A stretch of DNA of 64,000 nucleotides from an uncultured bacterium (GTDB taxonomy: Bacteria > Bacteroidota > Bacteroidia > Chitinophagales > CAIODY01): positions 18,334 to 82,333 of the forward strand of contig CAIODY010000043.1 in NCBI GenBank assembly GCA_903857255.1. The letters run 5' to 3'. The notes under the pieces are model-generated. The model saw only the letters and a list, made by a program, of their open reading frames with translations, had not been told where the DNA came from and did not search any database. Shown one piece after another: positions 57,563 through 64,000 of the stretch. Position numbers and translations under genes: made by a program. Numbering within the stretch: position 1 is the first letter of the stretch; every line of letters begins with the position of its first letter.

Positions 57563-57645
57563 AAAGTTTGGCGAACTTGCATCAATTAAAAGCCGACAAA
57601 CTTTTTTTGTTGGAAAAATTATTGACCAAAAGTTCGCCAAACTTT
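57563..57645. repeat. 16-bp perfect inverted repeat (aaagtttggcgaactt / aagttcgccaaacttt) separated by 51 nt, with an inner hairpin, in a divergent promoter region
   Basis: The arms are at 57563-57578 and 57630-57645. The inner hairpin is ccgacaa-acttttt-ttgttgg. The T-run TTTTTT covers 57643-57648, overlapping the last 3 nt of the right arm. Confidence 0.8.
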
Positions 57646-57687
57646 TTTCTTAGAATTTAATTTGCAGAATAATTTACAAAAGAAAAG

Positions 57688-58341
57688 ATGCCAAAGTTTG
57701 AAGATAGTTTTTTGATGCAAGGCAAAAGAAAAGCCTTAGTTGATGTATTGAAAGGAAAAGGAATCACGGATAAAAATGTGTTGGAAGCTATTGCCAAAGT
57801 GCCTCGGCATTATTTTTTTAGCACCACATTTCAATCGCATGCGTATGATGATAAAGCCTTCCCCATTGGCGAAGGGCAAACCATTTCGCAGCCATTTACG
57901 GTGGCTTATCAAACCCAATTGTTAGAGTTGAAACGTATGGATAAGGTATTGGAAATTGGAACAGGCAGTGGCTATCAGGCTATTGTGCTGGCTGAATGTG
58001 GCGCAAGAGTTTTTACGATTGAACGGCAAAAAAATTTGTACGATACCACCAAACCATTCATCGCCGATTTGGGCTACGAAAAGATAAAATGTTTTTATGG
58101 TGATGGTTATAAAGGCATTCCATCGTATGCGCCTTATGATAAAATTATCATCACCGCCGCTGCACCATTTATTCCTGAAGATTTAAAAACCCAATTAAAA
58201 ATTGGTGGTTATTTAATTGTGCCATTGGGCGAAGAAACCAGCACGATGATTCGCTTAACCAAACTCACCGAACACGATTTTAAAGAAGAACGCTTTGCCG
58301 AATTTCGCTTTGTGCCTATGCTGGAGGGAACGAAGAAATAG
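57688..58341 (+). CDS. pcm: Protein-L-isoaspartate O-methyltransferase
   Basis: GQTISQPFTVA...VLEIGTGSGYQA... The 217-aa protein is typical Pcm. Confidence 0.9.
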   Translation: MPKFEDSFLMQGKRKALVDVLKGKGITDKNVLEAIAKVPRHYFFSTTFQSHAYDDKAFPIGEGQTISQPFTVAYQTQLLELKRMDKVLEIGTGSGYQAIVLAECGARVFTIERQKNLYDTTKPFIADLGYEKIKCFYGDGYKGIPSYAPYDKIIITAAAPFIPEDLKTQLKIGGYLIVPLGEETSTMIRLTKLTEHDFKEERFAEFRFVPMLEGTKK

Positions 58342-58467
58342 TTGTGCTGCATGGGTAATTTCGTAGGGACGACATAAAATCATACCAACTAATCCTATCT
58401 CTTGCCTCCCATCCGCTTCACACAAGCTGTTTTAGGCTACACTTTGCTGCCAATCGAACCAAATAAA

Positions 58468-58509
58468 CTACTTTAATAACTACGTAAATTTAAGTTTTAA
58501 TAAAAGTAG
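58468..58509. repeat. Copy 1 of a 42-nt AT-rich near-palindrome
   Basis: ctactttaataactacgtaaatttaagttttaataaaagtag is self-complementary at about 16 of 21 half-site positions and is similar to copy 2. Confidence 0.7.
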
Positions 58510-58550
58510 TTGTTTTATTAGCCAAATAAATTTAATTACAAGACAAAATA

Positions 58551-58593
58551 CTTACTTTATTATTTACGTAAAATTACGTTTAAAATAAAGTAG
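58551..58593. repeat. Copy 2 of the AT-rich near-palindrome (core ACGTAAaaTTACGT)
   Basis: cttactttattatttacgtaaaattacgtttaaaataaagtag has outer arms tactttatt/aataaagta and a perfect inner palindrome acgtaa..ttacgt. It lies 83 nt from copy 1. Confidence 0.7.
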
Positions 58594-58723
58594 TAGTTTT
58601 TATTTTATTGTAAATTTAAAATGAAATAGCAGTGCTTATTTTTATAGCTAATTAAAATTAATGCACAATAAAAGTGTTTACAATTATTCTATCTTAAATT
58701 TACTGGGTTATAAAAGTAATCGT

Positions 58724-58731
58724 TATGTTTG
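58724..58731 (+). promoter_or_regulatory. Candidate -7 box (TATGTTTG) for the 58773 gene
   Basis: It matches TAnnTTTG and ends 41 nt upstream of the ATG. Confidence 0.4.
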
Positions 58732-58772
58732 TGTGGCGAATGAATTACCTCATCATAACATCCTAATCAATT

Positions 58773-59726
58773 ATGGCAAAAAGAGAATGGGCACCAGCTA
58801 TCAACACTTTTTTAAGTAGCAGCGAAAACAATTATTTTAAGGCTCATCGGATGAGTATCCATCTGGATAGCCTATTAGAAAATCAGCAATCAGACCCTGC
58901 CATTTTACCACTCTATAATTATTATCATCCCATTCATGTTAATTTTGAAAATGCTTATTCTATTTGGGATTCACAGTGGGGGCTACAAATTGGAAGCACT
59001 TTGGGTGTGAAAGAAGTATTGCAAAACATGACTAAGAACCTAAACACTTGGATACCTCAAATTCATGTGGCTGGCATAGCAAAGGGAACGCCCGAATACA
59101 TCAGTTTATTTGCAAAAGGAAGATATCCGTTTCAAAATGGTAGTGTTATGAATAGAATAATAGCGGTGGAAGTATTAGGGCTTGCACTTGGCAAATATCC
59201 AACATTATCAGCCGTGAAATCGCAAGTAGATAATTATGCACAACAATTAAAAGATGCTCGTGAAAATCAAAGCATAAAAAAAATAACTACCCGAAATAAT
59301 AGCTCCGATTTAGAAGACCAACGGATTGCCATGTGCAAAGCACAATATTATGTATTGGGTGGCTTGATGCAAAAATATGTTGATGAACCACAAAGCATAC
59401 AACGCTATTTTTTGGTGCAAGAAATCCGTAACAGTCAGCAAAAACATTTCACAGGCAGGGCAGCGGCTAATAACAATAAGCAAATTACCAAGCGCACTTT
59501 AAAACCCAATAAAAAAATCAGATTGAATAATGTGGGGCTAACGCCTTTGCAATTTTATTTTGCCGAAAGCGATTATGGTACACCCGTGGGCAATATTATC
59601 TTGGTACAAAGCGAAGCTGATGAACATTACACCTTTGCCGATTTCAACGCCCCCAATGGCAAGTATCTGTTTGTAAAAAACAATGAAAAATTAGTGGATG
59701 GGCATTTTGAGATAACGATTGGGTAG
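58773..59726 (+). CDS. Hypothetical protein (helical N-terminal two-thirds, beta-rich C-terminus)
   Basis: A 317-aa ORF with no signal peptide and no motif I recognise. Confidence 0.55.
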   Translation: MAKREWAPAINTFLSSSENNYFKAHRMSIHLDSLLENQQSDPAILPLYNYYHPIHVNFENAYSIWDSQWGLQIGSTLGVKEVLQNMTKNLNTWIPQIHVAGIAKGTPEYISLFAKGRYPFQNGSVMNRIIAVEVLGLALGKYPTLSAVKSQVDNYAQQLKDARENQSIKKITTRNNSSDLEDQRIAMCKAQYYVLGGLMQKYVDEPQSIQRYFLVQEIRNSQQKHFTGRAAANNNKQITKRTLKPNKKIRLNNVGLTPLQFYFAESDYGTPVGNIILVQSEADEHYTFADFNAPNGKYLFVKNNEKLVDGHFEITIG

Positions 59727-59756
59727 AATAATCAATATTGCATTATATTAGCGCTT

Positions 59757-60191
59757 ATGAAAAAAATAATTTGCTTTTTATTAATGCTGATGGTTATGAA
59801 ACTAAATGGGGTAGCCGCCCCCGATTCGTTATTCACCAAATCTGTTGCAGATACTATTCAAATAGAAAGAGGCGGCAGCTATTACTATAAAGGCGAAGCA
59901 CTTTCAATGGAAAGCTTAAGGACAATTTTGAAAAAAGATTCAATAGCAAATGGGCATCTTGATAATGCAACGGTATCTAAAGTTTTCTCAATAATATTCG
60001 GAGGCATCGGCGGATTTCTTGTTGGGTACGAAGCAGGGGCGAATCTGTCGTAGCAACGAGCATTAAATATCAACACTATGTTATTAGGGATTGGCATGTT
60101 ATTAATAGACCTACCGCTGAAGGTGGGCTATAACCATAGCATCCGACAAGCGGTTGAAGTGTACAATTACAATGTATTACATACACGATAG
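59757..60191 (+). pseudogene. Small two-helix membrane protein interrupted by an in-frame TAG at 60051-60053
   Basis: The upstream part (98 aa) ends ...FSIIFGGIGGFLVGYEAGANLS*. The same frame continues QRALNINTMLLGIGMLLIDLPLKVGYNHSIRQAVEVYNYNVLHTR* to 60191. That gives a second hydrophobic helix and a plausible C-terminus. Confidence 0.5.
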
Positions 60192-60241
60192 TTACCCCAG
60201 CTTCACCGAAGTTATCGTCAGCGAACCACCCAACGGCTATT

Positions 60242-61597
60242 TTATTTCACAAATGATTTCACTAAAAACTGATTGTTGCCAAACTGAATTTTCAGGTAGT
60301 ACAATCCTGTACTTAATGCAGCAATATCAACCGTTTTATGGTTGCTTTGCAAAATAGGCTGACCCAAAACATTGTAAACAGTAATTTGCTGCACCACATT
60401 TTCAGTACGCACAGTAATAAAATCATTCGCCGGATTTGGATATAAACTGGTGTTGCTTAAATTGTTGTTGAATTCTTGAACTCCTAAAGCATTTGGCGCA
60501 GCATTTTTTCCTTGAAAATAAAGTGATAAAGGGAAATTGCCTTGCCCACCGTTGAACACAGCCGTTGGTACAGTAATTTTAAAAGTATGATTGCCTTTTA
60601 AAACAGTATCTAAAAAAATGGGGCGAATGGGAATATCGGCACCAGGGCACCAATTGCTGAATGATTGCCATTGGGCATTAGTCATGGGCGAATTGCCATA
60701 AATGCCATTGCCTTCGGTATTGTAAACTCGGTAAGGTTCGCAACTTGGATAACCGGGTTTGTATTGCATCACCAATTTTCCATCAAAATAAACATAGTGT
60801 TCGCGGCGATTATATTCTTCACCACCACTATTAGAACCATGATTAGAAGTGATTAAATAAAGCGATGAATTATAGCTGGTAGTATCCACTGTGAATGAAA
60901 TAGTTTTCACAGTTTTACCAATCGTATCAGTTGCGCCAGTTTGATAATTATTAAAATCAAGTTTATCGCCCAGCGGAATAATAATGTTGTTTGTTTCACG
61001 AGCAGCACTTTGATTAGTAATGAAATCAAGTGTGCCATAAAAAACATCTGACCGCCCCGAACAGCCCGTGATTTGGGTATTGGCGGCATAAGGCACACCA
61101 AATATTTCCAGTTCGCACCAAATATCAAAACTGTCGGTAATCGATTTTTCTTTTAAAATAGAAGCCACATTGTTGATGTTAAAAAAATAAGGAACGGTAT
61201 CGGGCAGCACATTTTTATTCATAAACGGCGTAATAAATCTTGCCACTTCTAATCGTTTAACAGATGAAATAGAATAGGTAGTATCGCCTTTTGGCACAAA
61301 TGATAAATGCACATCGGCTATTCTATCATAATTATCGCAACTGGCTTTTACTACTACTTTTAATGAAAGTGAATCACCAATGCTATTTAATTGTGTAGGT
61401 GTAAGTTTGGTAGTAAATAATGAAGTAGATAAGCGTACAACGCCTGTTGGTGGTGGAGTTGGGATAACCGATAATTGTGCATAGCCATCATAAAATAAAA
61501 CAGTATCGAACACACGAATGGAATACGTTTGCGCTTGCGATTGTTGAGTGGACACCAAACTAACCAACAAGCCGACAAGCAGAATTACTTTTTTCAT
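60242..61597 (-). CDS. Secreted protein with a T9SS type-A C-terminal sorting domain; function unknown (possibly PNGase-F-related)
   Basis: It has a signal peptide (MKKVILLVGLLVSLVSTQQSQAQ). The C-terminus LYPNPANDFITVRT...VYNVLGQPIL...GLYYLKIQ...VKSFVK is the Por_Secre_tail pattern. ATG at 61597 is preferred over the ORF-track start at 61696. Confidence 0.8.
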   Translation of the reverse strand: MKKVILLVGLLVSLVSTQQSQAQTYSIRVFDTVLFYDGYAQLSVIPTPPPTGVVRLSTSLFTTKLTPTQLNSIGDSLSLKVVVKASCDNYDRIADVHLSFVPKGDTTYSISSVKRLEVARFITPFMNKNVLPDTVPYFFNINNVASILKEKSITDSFDIWCELEIFGVPYAANTQITGCSGRSDVFYGTLDFITNQSAARETNNIIIPLGDKLDFNNYQTGATDTIGKTVKTISFTVDTTSYNSSLYLITSNHGSNSGGEEYNRREHYVYFDGKLVMQYKPGYPSCEPYRVYNTEGNGIYGNSPMTNAQWQSFSNWCPGADIPIRPIFLDTVLKGNHTFKITVPTAVFNGGQGNFPLSLYFQGKNAAPNALGVQEFNNNLSNTSLYPNPANDFITVRTENVVQQITVYNVLGQPILQSNHKTVDIAALSTGLYYLKIQFGNNQFLVKSFVK

Positions 61598-61695
61598 ACC
61601 ATAAGATTTAGAAAAGAAATTATAAAAATGATAGGGTAAAATTAGGATGAATTTAACTCTCAAACAATCACTATTATAGCTGATGATTGAGAACA

Positions 61696-61792
61696 AATTT
61701 CTGTGCGCCTTTGCGAATATTTGTGTTCGGCTGTGTAAGAATTATTTCACAAAGTTACACAGAGCAAACACAGAGGGACACGAAGAAATTTT
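61696..61792. repeat. Empty inverted-repeat bracket built from CTGTG/CACAG words, with only a 16-nt spacer
   Basis: The left arm is aaatttctgtgcgcctttgcgaatatttgtgttcggctgtgtaa (61696-61739). The right arm is ttacacagagcaaacacagagggacacgaagaaattt (61756-61792). Both outer 8-mers (aaatttct, ctgtgtaa) are perfectly complementary, and the middle is imperfect. Confidence 0.65.
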
Positions 61793-61856
61793 TGAAGTAA
61801 GTCATCAACGATTAATACTGCGGATTTAGGCTTGCGGCGGCAGGGTGTATAAGTGA

Positions 61857-62426
61857 TTACCTTTTCACCACTCGTAAAAACCACCGTTTATTTAATGACA
61901 AGGCATCATTGTCTAACCCAAAATGACTTTTATCCGAAAACAGTATTTGTGGATTCCAAGGACATAAACAAGCACTACCCAAGGCACCATACAACATAAT
62001 TACAAAACCTTCCATAGAGCCTGTTTGACTATTTTGGTCATTCGTATTTACAATTGAACCCAAAATAAATGTGCCAACAGAAGCCAAAAAAGGAACAACA
62101 AGCACATAGCCGATGATTCGTTCCGTTCTTATTTTTCGTTGTGAAATTTTGAAGTAAATGTCTTCAATGTTCTTGTAAAAAATGACTTTGTCATCTACCA
62201 CAATAGATGAATCATCAATCCTTTCCACCTTTCCTGCAACATTTAGCGAAGAAAAAAAAGATTTTGTAACTGGCTTAACCAAACGAATTTTTACATCTTG
62301 ATTTTCTTTGAGTTCGTATGAACTAATCGTGCTGTCTTTTTTAAACCGATACACTTGTATTACTTTTTCGGCAAAGCAATAATTATTGAAAATTAAAAAA
62401 GATAGAAGTAACAAAAAGTATTTCAT
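61857..62426 (-). CDS. Hypothetical membrane protein
   Basis: It has a signal or anchor (MKYFLLLLSFLIFNNYCFA) and two hydrophobic helices in the C-terminal half. Confidence 0.55.
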   Translation of the reverse strand: MKYFLLLLSFLIFNNYCFAEKVIQVYRFKKDSTISSYELKENQDVKIRLVKPVTKSFFSSLNVAGKVERIDDSSIVVDDKVIFYKNIEDIYFKISQRKIRTERIIGYVLVVPFLASVGTFILGSIVNTNDQNSQTGSMEGFVIMLYGALGSACLCPWNPQILFSDKSHFGLDNDALSLNKRWFLRVVKR

Positions 62427-62493
62427 ACTGTAAAAATTTAAAAGACTAACAAATCTACATTTCAATTTTCAAATCTTCTCATTCCCTCATTTT

Positions 62494-63999
62494 CTAATTT
62501 GCTTCTATCATCAACTTCGCAAACTTCAACATGATTTTCTTTTGCCCGAGTTGTTCAAAATCGATGGTTGCAAAGCTGTTATCGCCGTTACCTTCCAAAA
62601 TTGTGAGTTTGCCTTTACCAAATTTTTCATGATAAACTGTTTGCCCCACTTGCAAAGCACTATTAGGTGATGCTTTAAAATCGGGCATGGGTACAATGTT
62701 CACCACAGGTTTGTTCAGCACCGAAGGTTTTGAAATAGAATTTCCCTCAAAAGGTTTTTCTGTTTTTCGTTGAAAATTATTTCGGTTAGTATTGTTGTTG
62801 CCAAATGCACTATCCAAAGTTTTAAATCCACTCACATTGCCAAAACCCTGTGGCATCGAAGGTTTGCGAAGCCCCACAAAGGTGCTGTAATCTTCGGGCA
62901 CTTCATCAATAAAGCGACTTGGTTCGCAATAAATCAATCTGCCAAAGCGATAACGATTCAAAGCATAAGTGAGAAACAAATTTGTTTTAGCTCGGGTAAC
63001 CGCCACATAAAATAATCGGCGTTCTTCTTCCAACGCATTTCTATCATCGGTGCTCATGTTCGATGGAAATAATTCTTCTTCCATCCCAACAACAAACACG
63101 GTGTGAAACTCCAAACCTTTTGCTGAATGGACTGTCATCAATTTCACTTTGTTATCATCGCCTTTGTCGTCATCGGCATTGGTTAATAAAGTAACGGTTT
63201 GTAAATAACTGCCCAAAGTTTTATCTACCACTTCACCTGTGTCTTCATTCACTTTGGTTTCATCGGTAAATTCTTTTATAGAGTTTAAAAGTGCTTGCAA
63301 ATTTTCATATCGGCTTACACCTTCCACCGTTTTATCTTCATACAACTCTTTCATGATGCCCGTTTGCTTGCCGATGTGTTGCGCAATGTCATACGCATTG
63401 TGTGTGGCTAACATGGCGTTGAAACTTTTCATCATCCACATAAAATCTTCTACAGGTTTGCCAGCTTTGATGCCATACAGCGGCGCATTTTCCAACACTT
63501 CCCACAAACCTTTGCCTGCATCATTCATGGCTACTGTGGCTCGTTCTAAAGTTGTTTTACCAATGCCACGGGTTGGATAATTTATCACTCGGCGTAAGGC
63601 TTCTTCATCATTAAAATTCACCGTCAATCGTAAATAACACAAGAAATCTTTTACCTCTTTGCGCTGATAGAAACTTATGCCACCATACACCCGGTAAGGA
63701 ATATCCATTCTTCTCAAAGCTTCTTCAAATGCACGGCTCTGGCTGTTGGTGCGATATAAAATCGCAAACTCTTTGTTGTGCAATTGATGACGCATGCGCA
63801 TTTCGAAAATATTATCAGCCACATATTTTCCTTCATCATTATCGGTAGCCACTTGTACCACTTTTATTTTTTCGCCTTCAGCATTAGTGGTAAAAGTTTC
63901 TTTTTTGATTTGCGCTTTATTCACCGCAATCACTTTGTTGGCGGCGTTTACAATGTTTTGTGTGCTGCGATAATTTTGCTCCAGTTTGAAAATATTTAA
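62494..63999 (-). CDS. UvrD/PcrA/Rep-family ATP-dependent DNA helicase, C-terminal part (5' end lies beyond the window)
   Basis: The helicase motifs are TVHSAKGLEFHTVFVVGMEE (V) and RRLFYVAVTRAKTNL (VI). The frame stays open to the window edge. Confidence 0.88.
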   Translation of the reverse strand, partial: LNIFKLEQNYRSTQNIVNAANKVIAVNKAQIKKETFTTNAEGEKIKVVQVATDNDEGKYVADNIFEMRMRHQLHNKEFAILYRTNSQSRAFEEALRRMDIPYRVYGGISFYQRKEVKDFLCYLRLTVNFNDEEALRRVINYPTRGIGKTTLERATVAMNDAGKGLWEVLENAPLYGIKAGKPVEDFMWMMKSFNAMLATHNAYDIAQHIGKQTGIMKELYEDKTVEGVSRYENLQALLNSIKEFTDETKVNEDTGEVVDKTLGSYLQTVTLLTNADDDKGDDNKVKLMTVHSAKGLEFHTVFVVGMEEELFPSNMSTDDRNALEEERRLFYVAVTRAKTNLFLTYALNRYRFGRLIYCEPSRFIDEVPEDYSTFVGLRKPSMPQGFGNVSGFKTLDSAFGNNNTNRNNFQRKTEKPFEGNSISKPSVLNKPVVNIVPMPDFKASPNSALQVGQTVYHEKFGKGKLTILEGNGDNSFATIDFEQLGQKKIMLKFAKLMIEAN

Positions 64000-64000
64000 G

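Noticed and set aside
58342-58467. A relatively GC-rich 125-nt stretch after pcm, examined as a possible tRNA, tmRNA fragment, att site or pseudogene remnant
   Set aside because: No cloverleaf-compatible stems, no long ORF in any frame and no repeat partner were found in the window. It stays unexplained and is mentioned only within the 58.5-kb repeat finding.

Overview
This is a 64-kb AT-rich chromosomal window that looks like a Bacteroidota genome. The evidence is type IX secretion (T9SS) components and cargo, a PorP/SprF gene, and TAnnTTTG-type -7 promoter boxes. I call about 50 protein genes. Most are housekeeping: trmD, fsa, prs, nuoH, tyrS, tsaB, recA, rpsT, holB, radA, meaB, gatA, tatA, pcm and a partial UvrD-type helicase. 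There is also an SRP RNA, envelope and glycan genes (two GT2 genes, an O-antigen-ligase-like gene, an MBOAT plus two SGNH genes, an MltD-like transglycosylase) and several T9SS-related genes. The T9SS set is a 2220-aa SBBP/SprB-repeat adhesin with a type-B CTD, a PorV-like plus 1752-aa C25 PorU-like pair, a PorP/SprF plus OmpA pair, and a type-A CTD secreted protein. The stand-out is an accessory stretch at about 20.5-27.3 kb; single 100-nt hand counts put its operon end at lower G+C than recA. It holds a mini LuxR-type HTH gene, an array of nine 21-bp palindromic units bracketed by inverted repeats, and an orphan gene. It ends in a translationally coupled four-gene operon (27290 to 22104, minus strand). 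That operon encodes a dual-GHKL histidine kinase, a receiver/coiled-coil protein, an HNH nuclease and an N6-adenine DNA methyltransferase. I read it as a candidate undescribed defence or restriction-modification system gated by a two-component relay. A second recurring theme is small genes (four-helix-bundle, GxxExxY) bracketed exactly by roughly 30-bp inverted repeats built from short periodic words; one empty bracket and some orphan word runs also occur. I recognised no tRNA, rRNA, CRISPR array, integrase or transposase. All calls rest on reading the sequence and ORF translations by eye; no database search was run.
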